A stretch of DNA of 11,726 nt from a virus, in UHGV virus genome UHGV-1586087; one strand, given 5' to 3'. The first letter of the stretch is position 1; each line of letters opens with the position of its first letter. The notes beneath the pieces are model-generated. The model was not told the origin of the DNA. It saw nothing but the letters and a program-made list of their open reading frames with translations, and searched no databases. Of this stretch, positions 1 to 7,533 are shown one piece after another. The position numbers and the translations under genes are program-made.

Positions 1-44
1 CACCGTCTAATTCGTCGGCAGCGTCAGATGTGTATAAGAGACAG
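1..44. other. Synthetic Illumina Nextera adapter: P5 tail CAC (1-3), 8-nt index-like CGTCTAAT (4-11), TCGTCGGCAGCGTC (12-25), Tn5 mosaic end AGATGTGTATAAGAGACAG (26-44). Not biological.
   Basis: Exact match, read directly, to the Nextera read-1 adapter and 19-bp Tn5 mosaic end as I know them. The inverted partner is at the other window end. Confidence 0.95.
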
Positions 45-407
45 ACCGGTGGTGCTGTAACGCTTTTCCAGAAACGCATTACCGAACACCAGAAAATCCA
101 GCACAAAGCGGCTGAAATCCTGCTGAGAAAGCCACGGATGCGGAATAAACGTTGAAGCCAGAATATTGCGTTTAACGTAAATCGGCGAGCTGTGATGCAC
201 GGCAGCACGCAGGCTTTTTGCCAGACCGGTAAAGCTGACCGGTGGCTCATACCATCTGCCGTTACTGATGCACTCGACGTAATCCAGAATGTCACGGCGG
301 TCGAGAACCGGCACCGGCTCGCCAAAGGTGAATGCCTCCATTTTCGGTGCACTGGCGGTCATTGTTTTTGCCGCAGGTTGCGGTGTTTTCCCTTTTTTCT
401 TGCTCAT
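45..407 (-). CDS. Q: Portal (capsid portal vertex) protein, N-terminal part only; 5'-partial window artefact, gene continues beyond the insert end
   Basis: Minus-strand ORF with ATG at 407..405. Translation MSKKKGKTPQPAAKT...DYVECISNGRWYEPP is recognised as the N-terminus of P2 gpQ. It lies downstream of and coupled to P, as in P2. The last residues of the supplied ORF (...GLSLIHI) are translated from adapter, not phage DNA. Confidence 0.85.
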
Positions 408-2179
408 CAGTAAAACTCCAGAATGGTGGATGTCAGCGGGGTGCTGATACTGGCGGTGAGTGGCTCATTTAACAGGGCGTGCATGGTCGCCCAGGCGAGG
501 TCGGCGTGGCTGGCTTCCTCGCTGCGGCTGGCCTCATAGGTGGCACTGCGTCCGCTGCTGGTCATGGTCTTGCGGATAGCCATAAACGAGCTGGTGATGT
601 CGGTGGCGCTGACGTCATATTCCAGACAGCCACGGCGGATGACGTCTTTTGCCTTGAGCACCATTGCGGTTTTCATTTCCGGCGTGTAGCGGATGTCGCG
701 CGCGGCGGGATAGAACGAGCGCACGAGCTGGAACACGCCGACACCGAGGCCGGTGGCATCAATACCGATGTATTCGACGTTGTATTTTTCGGTGAGTTCG
801 CGGATGGATTCAGCCTGGGTGGCAAAGTCCATGCCTTTCCACTGGTGACGCTCAAGTATTCTGAATTTGCCACCGGCCACCACCGGCGGTGCCAGTACCA
901 CGCATCCGGCACTGTCGCCACGGTGTGACGGGTCGTAACCAATCCATACCGGGCGGGAGCCGAACGGATTGGCGGCAAAGGGTGCATAGTCTTCCCATTC
1001 TTCCAGCGTGTCGACCATGCAGCGTTGCAGCTCCTCGAACGGGAACACCGACGCCTTGTCGTCAACAAATTCACACATGAACAGGTTTTTAAAATCGTCG
1101 GCGCTGTTTTCACGTTTGAGCTGCTCAATGTCGAACAACGTGCAGCCGCCTTTCAGCGCGTCCTCAATGGTGACAATCTGCCGCCACTGGCCGTCCGCAC
1201 AGAGAAGACCTCCGGCAAGTGCGTTATGACTGACGTCGATTTCCACGCGTTCGGCGGCGCTGGCGCGTCCCCGGTTAAACAGTTCACCGGACCAGAACGG
1301 ATAGGCGTCGTGCGCCAGCGTGGACGGGGTGGAGAAATAGGTCGAGCGCAGGTGACTCTGTGAGGCCATACCTGATGCCACCTTTCGCAGTACCTGAAAA
1401 TTCGGGATCCAGAAAATCTCGTCGACGTACAGGTCGCCGTTATGGCTCTGTGCGGTGTTGGAGTTGGTGCCGAGAAAAATCAGTTTTGCGCCGTTATTGC
1501 CCAGGACAATCGGGTCACCGGTCAGGTCAACGTCAACCAGACGGGCAAAGGCGATGATGTATTCGCGGAACACATACGCCTGCGTTTTACTGGCCGACAG
1601 AAAAATCTGGTTATGACCGGTTTTCAGGGCGCGCAGCAGCGCCTCGCGGGAAAAATAAAACGTTGCGCCAATCTGGCGGGATTTCAGGATATCGCGGATG
1701 CGGTGCTCAAGCCCGGCGCGATACCAGTGCAACTGATATTCGAAAGACTGCTCAAAGAAAATCTGCTCCAGCTTTTCGATGGCCTCGTCACTGAAAAAAT
1801 TCTTTTTCGGTTTGCGACGCCCGCCTTTGTTGCGGTTAGCGACGTTCGGATTAAGGTCTGCCTCGTTGCCGGTCTGGCTGTAGCGGTTGACCCGTGCCAG
1901 TCGTTCAATCTGGCGTCCGAGCAGGTCAATTTCCTTGAAGTCACCGCCGGTTTTCTGCGGTTTGATGATGAGCTGGGTCAGCCGCGCTTCCAGACTCATT
2001 TCGACACGGCTGATGGGGGCAACGCTGTCCCAGCCGTCGCGCTGTTTCCAGCTCTGCACCGTCGGGCGTTTCATCTGCAACATGGCGGCAATCTGCGGCA
2101 CGGAAAACCCCTGCCAGTACAGCAGCGCCGCCTGACGACGCGGGTCGTGTAAAAGAGTGGTGTCTGTGGTGATGGTCAT
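407..2179 (-). CDS. P: Terminase large (ATPase) subunit
   Basis: 600-aa minus-strand ORF in the track begins at a TTG (2209..2207). An in-frame ATG at 2179..2177 (MTITTDTTLLHDP...) has a GAGG Shine-Dalgarno about 6 nt upstream and gives 590 aa. Walker-B-like motif GDLYVDE is present. The TGA stop (409..407) overlaps the Q ATG (407..405). Recognised as P2 gpP. Confidence 0.9.
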   Translation of the reverse strand: MTITTDTTLLHDPRRQAALLYWQGFSVPQIAAMLQMKRPTVQSWKQRDGWDSVAPISRVEMSLEARLTQLIIKPQKTGGDFKEIDLLGRQIERLARVNRYSQTGNEADLNPNVANRNKGGRRKPKKNFFSDEAIEKLEQIFFEQSFEYQLHWYRAGLEHRIRDILKSRQIGATFYFSREALLRALKTGHNQIFLSASKTQAYVFREYIIAFARLVDVDLTGDPIVLGNNGAKLIFLGTNSNTAQSHNGDLYVDEIFWIPNFQVLRKVASGMASQSHLRSTYFSTPSTLAHDAYPFWSGELFNRGRASAAERVEIDVSHNALAGGLLCADGQWRQIVTIEDALKGGCTLFDIEQLKRENSADDFKNLFMCEFVDDKASVFPFEELQRCMVDTLEEWEDYAPFAANPFGSRPVWIGYDPSHRGDSAGCVVLAPPVVAGGKFRILERHQWKGMDFATQAESIRELTEKYNVEYIGIDATGLGVGVFQLVRSFYPAARDIRYTPEMKTAMVLKAKDVIRRGCLEYDVSATDITSSFMAIRKTMTSSGRSATYEASRSEEASHADLAWATMHALLNEPLTASISTPLTSTILEFY

Positions 2180-2352
2180 GAATACCTCGCCGTGATGAAT
2201 ACACGGCAAGGCTACTGAGTCGCGCCCCGCGATTCGCTAAGGTGCTGTTGTGTCAGTGATAAGCCATCCGGGACTGATGGCGGAGGATGCGCATCGTCGG
2301 GAAACTGATGCCGACATGTGACTCCTCTAATCACTATTCAGGACTCCTGACA
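2180..2352. promoter_or_regulatory. Divergent late-promoter region between P (leftward) and O (rightward); expected site of activator (Ogr-type)-dependent late promoters
   Basis: 173-bp non-coding gap between divergently transcribed operons. Contains a perfect 10-bp palindrome GATGCGCATC (2286-2295) flanked by direct repeats ACTGATG (2273-2279 and 2304-2310), and TGT-rich sequence at 2246-2253. I could not find a perfect TGT-N12-ACA element. Promoter placement follows from P2 biology, not a verified motif. Confidence 0.45.
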
Positions 2353-3207
2353 ATGGCAAAAAAAGTCTCAAAATTCTTTCGTATCGGCGTTGAGGGTGAC
2401 ACCTGTGACGGGCGTGTCATCAGTGCGCAGGATATTCAGGAAATGGCCGAAACCTTTGACCCGCGAGTCTATGGTTGCCGCATTAACCTGGAACATCTGC
2501 GCGGCGTCCTGCCTGACGGTATTTTTAAGCGTTATGGCGATGTGGTCGAACTGAAGGCCGAAAAGATTGACGATGATTCGGCGCTGAAAGGCAAATGGGC
2601 GCTGTTTGCGAAAATCACCCCGACCGATGACCTTATCGCGATGAACAAGGCCGCGCAGAAGGTCTATACCTCAATGGAAATTCAGCCGAACTTTGCCAAT
2701 ACCGGCAAATGTTATCTGGTGGGTCTGGCCGTCACCGATGACCCGGCAAGCCTCGGCACGGAATACCTGGAATTCTGCCGCACGGCAAAACACAACCCCC
2801 TGAACCGCTTCAAATTAAGCCCTGAAAACCTGATTTCAGTGGCAACGCCCGTTGAGCTGGAATTTGAAGACCTGCCTGAAACCGTGTTCACCGCCCTGAC
2901 CGAAAAGGTGAAGTCCATTTTTGGCCGCAAACAGGCCAGCGATGACGCCCGTCTGAATGACGTGCATGAAGCGGTGACCGCTGTTGCTGAACATGTGCAG
3001 GAAAAACTGAGCGCCACTGAGCAGCGCCTCGCTGAGATGGAAACCGCTTTTTCCGCACTTAAGCAGGATGTGACTGACAGGGCGGATGAAACCAGCCAGG
3101 CATTCACCCGCCTGAAAAACAGTCTCGACCACACCGAAAGTCTGACCCAGCAGCGCCGCAGCAAGGCCACCGGTGGTGGCGGTGACGCCCTGATGACGAA
3201 CTGCTGA
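2353..3207 (+). CDS. O: Capsid scaffolding protein
   Basis: ATG at 2353 (MAKKVSKFFRIGVEGDTCDGRV...) with AGGA 9-10 nt upstream gives 284 aa. The track ORF starts upstream at 2287, probably a spurious extension. Recognised as P2 gpO. Confidence 0.9.
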   Translation: MAKKVSKFFRIGVEGDTCDGRVISAQDIQEMAETFDPRVYGCRINLEHLRGVLPDGIFKRYGDVVELKAEKIDDDSALKGKWALFAKITPTDDLIAMNKAAQKVYTSMEIQPNFANTGKCYLVGLAVTDDPASLGTEYLEFCRTAKHNPLNRFKLSPENLISVATPVELEFEDLPETVFTALTEKVKSIFGRKQASDDARLNDVHEAVTAVAEHVQEKLSATEQRLAEMETAFSALKQDVTDRADETSQAFTRLKNSLDHTESLTQQRRSKATGGGGDALMTNC

Positions 3208-3265
3208 CCGGCGTCAGTCAGTCCGGGAAAACCTTCACGATTAACCCTTAATTTCAGGAAAAACT

Positions 3266-4339
3266 ATGCGCCAGGAAACCCGCTTTAAATTTAATGCCTA
3301 CCTGTCCCGTGTTGCCGAACTGAACGGCATCGACGCCGGTGATGTGTCGAAAAAATTCACCGTTGAACCGTCGGTCACCCAGACCCTGATGAACACCATG
3401 CAGGAGTCCTCTGACTTTCTGACCCGCATCAACATTGTGCCGGTCAGCGAAATGAAAGGGGAAAAAATTGGCATCGGTGTCACCGGCTCCATCGCCAGCA
3501 CCACCGACACCGCCGGTGGCACCGAGCGTCAGCCGAAGGACTTCTCGAAGCTGGCGTCAAACAAGTACGAATGCGACCAGATTAACTTCGATTTTTATAT
3601 CCGCTACAAAACGCTGGACCTGTGGGCGCGTTATCAGGATTTCCAGCTCCGTGTCCGTAACGCCATTATCAAACGCCAGTCCCTTGATTTAATCATGGCC
3701 GGTTTTAACGGCGTGAAGCGTGCCGAAACCTCTGACCGCAGCAGCAATCCGATGCTGCAGGATGTGGCGGTCGGCTGGCTGCAGAAATACCGCAATGAAG
3801 CCCCGGCGCGCGTGATGAGTAAGGTCACTGACGAGGAAGGCCGCACCACCTCTGAGGTTATCCGCGTGGGTAAGGGCGGTGATTATGCCAGCCTCGATGC
3901 ACTGGTGATGGATGCGACCAACAACCTGATTGAACCGTGGTATCAGGAAGACCCGGACCTTGTGGTGATTGTGGGACGTCAGCTACTGGCGGACAAGTAT
4001 TTCCCCATCGTTAACAAGGAGCAGGATAACAGCGAAATGCTGGCCGCTGACGTCATCATCAGCCAGAAACGCATCGGTAACCTGCCGGCGGTACGCGTCC
4101 CGTACTTCCCGGCGGATGCGATGCTCATCACGAAGCTGGAAAACCTGTCCATCTACTACATGGATGACAGCCATCGCCGCGTGATTGAGGAAAACCCGAA
4201 ACTCGACCGCGTGGAGAACTACGAGTCAATGAACATTGATTACGTGGTGGAAGACTACGCCGCCGGTTGTCTGGTGGAAAAAATCAAGGTCGGTGATTTC
4301 TCCACACCGGCTAAGGCGACCGCAGAGCCGGGAGCGTAA
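3266..4339 (+). CDS. N: Major capsid protein
   Basis: 357-aa ORF with AGGA about 7 nt upstream of the ATG. Translation MRQETRFKFNAYLSRVAELNGIDAGDV... is recognised as P2 gpN, in the expected position after O. Confidence 0.92.
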   Translation: MRQETRFKFNAYLSRVAELNGIDAGDVSKKFTVEPSVTQTLMNTMQESSDFLTRINIVPVSEMKGEKIGIGVTGSIASTTDTAGGTERQPKDFSKLASNKYECDQINFDFYIRYKTLDLWARYQDFQLRVRNAIIKRQSLDLIMAGFNGVKRAETSDRSSNPMLQDVAVGWLQKYRNEAPARVMSKVTDEEGRTTSEVIRVGKGGDYASLDALVMDATNNLIEPWYQEDPDLVVIVGRQLLADKYFPIVNKEQDNSEMLAADVIISQKRIGNLPAVRVPYFPADAMLITKLENLSIYYMDDSHRRVIEENPKLDRVENYESMNIDYVVEDYAAGCLVEKIKVGDFSTPAKATAEPGA

Positions 4340-4342
4340 CCG

Positions 4343-5086
4343 ATGACGAGTCCCGCACAGCGCCACATGATGCGGGTCTCGGCAGCGATGACCGCGCAGC
4401 GGGAAGCCGCCCCGCTGCGACATGCAACTGTCTATGAGCAGATGCTGGTTAAGCTCGCCGCAGACCAGCGCACACTGAAAGCGATTTATTCAAAAGAGCT
4501 TAAGGCCGCGAAAAAACGCGAACTGCTGCCGTTCTGGTTGCCGTGGGTGAACGGCGTGCTGGAGCAGGGCAAAGGTGCACAGGATGACATTCTGATGACG
4601 GTCATGCTGTGGCGTCTGGATACCGGCGATATTGCCGGTGCGCTGGAGATTGCCCGTTATGCCCTGAAGTACGGTCTGACCATGCCGGGTAAACACCGCC
4701 GCACCCCGCCGTACATGTTCACCGAGGAGGTGGCGCTTGCGGCCATGCGTGCTCACGCTGCCGGTGAGTCTGTGGATACCCGCCTGCTGACGGAGACCCT
4801 TGAACTGACCGCCACGGCTGACATGCCTGATGAAGTGCGCGCAAAGCTGCACAAAATCACCGGTCTGTTTCTGCGTGACGGTGGTGATGCCGCCGGTGCG
4901 CTGGCTCACCTGCAACGTGCGACACAGCTCGACTGTCAGGCAGGCGTCAAAAAAGAGATTGAACGACTGGAGCGGGAGCTGAAACCGAAGCCGGAGCCGC
5001 AGCCCAAAGCGGCCACCCGTACCCCGCGTAAGACCCGGAGCGTGACACCGGCAAAACGTGGACGCCCGAAAAAGAAAGCCAGTTAA
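4343..5086 (+). CDS. M: Terminase small (endonuclease/DNA-recognition) subunit
   Basis: 247-aa ORF starting 3 nt after the N stop, with GGAG 8 nt upstream inside the N 3' end. Lys/Arg/Pro-rich C-terminal tail. Recognised as P2 gpM. Confidence 0.88.
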   Translation: MTSPAQRHMMRVSAAMTAQREAAPLRHATVYEQMLVKLAADQRTLKAIYSKELKAAKKRELLPFWLPWVNGVLEQGKGAQDDILMTVMLWRLDTGDIAGALEIARYALKYGLTMPGKHRRTPPYMFTEEVALAAMRAHAAGESVDTRLLTETLELTATADMPDEVRAKLHKITGLFLRDGGDAAGALAHLQRATQLDCQAGVKKEIERLERELKPKPEPQPKAATRTPRKTRSVTPAKRGRPKKKAS

Positions 5087-5116
5087 CAACCGAATGCGCC
5101 CCGCGCCAGGGCGGCA

Positions 5117-5157
5117 CGCCGGTCAGTGAGGGTGAATCACCTGACGCTGTACCGGCG
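5117..5157. repeat. Nested inverted repeats in the M-L spacer: outer arms CGCCGGT / ACCGGCG (5117-5123 and 5151-5157) enclosing the palindrome GGTGA-a-TCACC (5131-5141)
   Basis: Read directly from the sequence. GC-rich, no trailing T-run. Function unknown. Confidence 0.5.
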
Positions 5158-5185
5158 TCCACCGCCCGACTTTTCAGAGGTAGTC

Positions 5186-5695
5186 ATGATGACGCTGATT
5201 ATTCCGCGAAAGGAGGCTCCCGTGTCCGGTGAGGGTACGGTGGTCATCCCGCAACCGGCAGGCGACGAGCCGGTGATTAAAAACACGTTCTTTTTTCCCG
5301 ATATCGACCCGAAGCGCGTCCGGGAACGTATGCGCCTTGAGCAGACCGTCGCCCCCGCCCGTCTGCGTGAGGCCATCAAGTCAGGCATGGCGGAGACGAA
5401 TGCGGAGCTGTACGAGTACCGCGAACAGAAAATTGCCGCCGGTTTTACGCGTCTGGCGGACGTTCCGGCGGACGACATCGACGGTGAAAGCATCAAAGTT
5501 TTTTACTACGAGCGCGCCGTGTGTGCGATGGCGACCGCGTCGCTTTATGAGCGTTATCGCGGCGTGGATGCCAGTGCGAAAGGCGACAAGAAGGCTGACA
5601 GCATTGACAGCACCATTGATGAACTGTGGCGGGATATGCGCTGGGCGGTGGCGCGTATCCAGGACAAGCCGCGCTGCATCGTGAGTCAAATCTGA
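5186..5695 (+). CDS. L: Head completion / capsid stabilisation protein
   Basis: ATG at 5186 (MMTLIIPRKEAPVSGEG...) with GAGG 5 nt upstream gives 169 aa. The track ORF starts at an upstream in-frame GTG (5126), which I treat as an extension. Stop overlaps the X start (TGATGA at 5693-5698). Confidence 0.88.
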   Translation: MMTLIIPRKEAPVSGEGTVVIPQPAGDEPVIKNTFFFPDIDPKRVRERMRLEQTVAPARLREAIKSGMAETNAELYEYREQKIAAGFTRLADVPADDIDGESIKVFYYERAVCAMATASLYERYRGVDASAKGDKKADSIDSTIDELWRDMRWAVARIQDKPRCIVSQI

Positions 5696-5898
5696 TGAAG
5701 ACCTTTGCGCTACAGGGCGACACGCTCGACGCCATTTGTGTCCGGTATTACGGGCGCACTGAGGGCGTGGTCGAGGCCGTGCTCGCCGCAAATCCGGGAC
5801 TGGCTGAACTGGGCGCGGTGCTGCCGCACGGCACCGCCGTCGAACTGCCCGACGTTCAGACCGCGCCCGTGGCTGAAACTGTCAATCTGTGGGAGTAA
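5695..5898 (+). CDS. X: Tail protein X, small LysM-like protein
   Basis: ATG at 5695 overlapping the L stop gives 67 aa (MKTFALQGDTLDAICVRYYGRTEGVV...LPHGTAVELPD). The pattern GDTL...I...YG...NP...L..G..L.LP resembles a LysM fold. Recognised as P2 gpX. Confidence 0.85.
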   Translation: MKTFALQGDTLDAICVRYYGRTEGVVEAVLAANPGLAELGAVLPHGTAVELPDVQTAPVAETVNLWE

Positions 5899-5901
5899 CG
5901 C

Positions 5902-6183
5902 ATGACAGCAGAAGAAAAAAGCGTCCTGTCGCTTTTCATGATTGGGGTGCTGATTGTTGTCGGCAAGGTGCTTGCCGGTGGTGAACCCATCACCCCGCGT
6001 CTGTTTATCGGGCGCATGTTGCTCGGTGGTTTTGTCTCGATGGTTGCCGGTGTTGTTCTGGTGCAGTTTCCTGACCTGTCACTGCCTGCGGTGTGCGGCA
6101 TCGGCTCCATGCTGGGTATCGCCGGTTATCAGGTGATTGAGATTGCCATTCAGCGCCGCTTTAAGGGCAGGGGGAAACCGTAA
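5902..6183 (+). CDS. Y: Holin
   Basis: 93 aa with about three hydrophobic helices and a basic C-terminus (QRRFKGRGKP). GGAG 6 nt upstream. Sits directly upstream of the endolysin. Recognised as P2 gpY. Confidence 0.88.
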   Translation: MTAEEKSVLSLFMIGVLIVVGKVLAGGEPITPRLFIGRMLLGGFVSMVAGVVLVQFPDLSLPAVCGIGSMLGIAGYQVIEIAIQRRFKGRGKP

Positions 6184-6680
6184 TGCCGGTAATCAACACG
6201 CATCAGAATATCGCTGCCTTTCTCGACATGCTGGCCGTGTCCGAAGGGACGGCGAATCATCCGCTGACGAAAAACCGGGGCTATGACGTGATAGTCACCG
6301 GACTGGACGGGAAGCCGGAAATCTTCACCGACTACAGTGACCACCCGTTCGCACATGGCCGACCGGCGAAGGTGTTTAACCGTCGCGGTGAAAAATCCAC
6401 GGCCTCCGGTCGCTATCAGCAGCTTTACCTGTTCTGGCCGCATTACCGCAAACAGCTTGCCCTGCCGGATTTCAGTCCGTTGTCACAGGACAGACTCGCC
6501 ATTCAGTTGATCCGCGAACGCGGTGCGCTGGATGACATCCGGGCGGGGCGCATTGAACGCGCCATTTCACGCTGTCGCAATATCTGGGCGTCCCTGCCGG
6601 GTGCCGGTTACGGTCAGCGTGAGCATTCACTGGAAAAACTGGTCACCGTCTGGCGTACCGCTGGCGGCGTACCGGCTTAA
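6183..6680 (+). CDS. K: Endolysin (phage lysozyme/muramidase family)
   Basis: 165 aa; ATG overlaps the Y stop (TAATG at 6181-6185). Recognised as P2 gpK. The catalytic class is taken from knowledge of P2, not from motifs I verified here. Confidence 0.88.
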   Translation: MPVINTHQNIAAFLDMLAVSEGTANHPLTKNRGYDVIVTGLDGKPEIFTDYSDHPFAHGRPAKVFNRRGEKSTASGRYQQLYLFWPHYRKQLALPDFSPLSQDRLAIQLIRERGALDDIRAGRIERAISRCRNIWASLPGAGYGQREHSLEKLVTVWRTAGGVPA

Positions 6681-6694
6681 ACGGAGTAAACACC

Positions 6695-7120
6695 ATGAAG
6701 AAATTATCCCTTTCACTGATGCTGAACGTGTCGCTGGCGCTGATGCTGGCACTGTCCCTGATTTACCCGCAGAGCGTGGCCGTCAGTTTTGTCGCCACCT
6801 GGGCGATTCTGGCGACGGTTATCTGTGTGGTTGCCGGTGGTGTCGGCGTGTATGCCACGGAGTATGTACTGGAGCGCTACGGGCGGGAGCTGCCGCCGGA
6901 ATCGCTGGCCGTGAAGATTGTCACGTCGCTGTTTTTGCAGCCGGTGCCGTGGCGCAGACGGGCGGCGGCTCTGGTGGTGATGGTGGTGACGTTTATCTCG
7001 CTGGTCGCTGCCGGGTGGATTTTTACCGCGCTGATTTATCTCGTGGCGTCGGTGTTCTTCCGGCTGATACGTACGGCCTGCCGTCAGCGTTTTGAGGGGC
7101 GGGAACCATGTCAAAGCTGA
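6695..7120 (+). CDS. lysA: Lysis-timing membrane protein LysA (antiholin-like, multi-pass)
   Basis: 141 aa with three to four long hydrophobic segments (LSLMLNVSLALMLALSLIY, WAILATVICVVAGGVGVYA, AALVVMVVTFISLVAAGWIFTALIYLVASVFF). GGAG 8 nt upstream. Position and sequence match P2 lysA. Confidence 0.82.
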   Translation: MKKLSLSLMLNVSLALMLALSLIYPQSVAVSFVATWAILATVICVVAGGVGVYATEYVLERYGRELPPESLAVKIVTSLFLQPVPWRRRAAALVVMVVTFISLVAAGWIFTALIYLVASVFFRLIRTACRQRFEGREPCQS

Positions 7121-7533
7121 TGATTGTGCTGGTTGTGTTGTTATCGCTGGCTGTGGCGGGACTGTTTCTGGTGAAGCATGAAAACGCCAGCCTGCGCGTC
7201 TCGCTGGACAGGGCAAACAATGTCGCCAGCGGGCAGCAGACGACCATCACCATGCTGAAAAACCAGCTTCATGTTGCCCTTACCAGGGCAGACAAAAACG
7301 AGCTGGCGCAGGTGGCACTGCGTCAGGAGCTGGAGAACGCCGCGAAGCGTGAAGCACAGCGCGAGAAAACCATCACGAGGTTACTCAATGAAAACGAAGA
7401 TTTTCGCCGCTGGTACGGCGCTGACCTGCCTGATGCTGTGCGCCGGTTGCACCAGCGTCCGGCCTGCACCGACGCCAGTGATTGTCCACAACGCCTGCCC
7501 GAAAGTGAGCCTTTGCCCGATGCCGGGCAGTGA
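7108..7533 (+). CDS. lysB: Rz-like inner-membrane spanin (i-spanin) LysB
   Basis: 141 aa with an N-terminal transmembrane segment (LMIVLVVLLSLAVAGLFLV), then a charged coiled-coil-like region and a Pro-rich C-terminus. Overlaps the lysA 3' end by 13 nt. Matches P2 lysB. Confidence 0.85.
   Translation: MSKLMIVLVVLLSLAVAGLFLVKHENASLRVSLDRANNVASGQQTTITMLKNQLHVALTRADKNELAQVALRQELENAAKREAQREKTITRLLNENEDFRRWYGADLPDAVRRLHQRPACTDASDCPQRLPESEPLPDAGQ

Noticed and set aside
1442-2152. 236-aa plus-strand ORF, with neighbouring ORFs 479-928 and 1025-1363, lying antisense inside terminase gene P
   Set aside because: They lie wholly within a confidently assigned gene on the opposite strand, have no ribosome-binding site context, and have Arg/Gly/Ala-rich low-complexity translations typical of shadow ORFs in GC-rich coding DNA.
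2180-2209. TTG start at 2209 giving a 600-aa terminase
   Set aside because: The in-frame ATG at 2179 has a GAGG ribosome-binding site and gives the expected 590-aa product; the TTG extension is an artefact of longest-ORF calling.
2287-2352. Upstream ATG at 2287 giving a 306-aa O protein (MRIVGKLMPTCDSS...)
   Set aside because: The ATG lies inside the promoter-region palindrome, has no Shine-Dalgarno sequence, and the extension is not part of the gpO I recognise. The ATG at 2353 has AGGA at the correct spacing and yields the 284-aa scaffold.
4490-5089. 199-aa minus-strand ORF antisense to terminase small-subunit gene M
   Set aside because: Shadow ORF of M; Arg/Gly-rich translation, no independent signals, and the position is fully explained by M.
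5126-5185. GTG start at 5126 extending head completion protein L by 20 residues
   Set aside because: The ATG at 5186 is preceded by GAGG at 5-nt spacing and gives the 169-aa protein beginning MMTLIIPRKE. The upstream stretch is better explained as a structured untranslated spacer, though this is not experimentally certain (see findings).
5626-5694. Upstream extension of X (90-aa ORF from 5626) overlapping the end of L
   Set aside because: The extension is in a different frame from L and has no ribosome-binding site; the ATG at 5695, coupled to the L stop, gives the 67-aa X protein.
6713-7216. 167-aa minus-strand ORF with a His/Arg-rich translation antisense to lysA/lysB
   Set aside because: Antisense shadow of the lysis genes; the HHHHH run reflects complementary codons of the hydrophobic lysA segment, not a metal-binding protein.
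7271-7387. Upstream part of the 135-aa ORF in the lysC frame
   Set aside because: It has no ribosome-binding site and would place about 39 non-signal residues ahead of the lipoprotein signal peptide; the ATG at 7388 with GAGG upstream gives the 96-aa lipoprotein.
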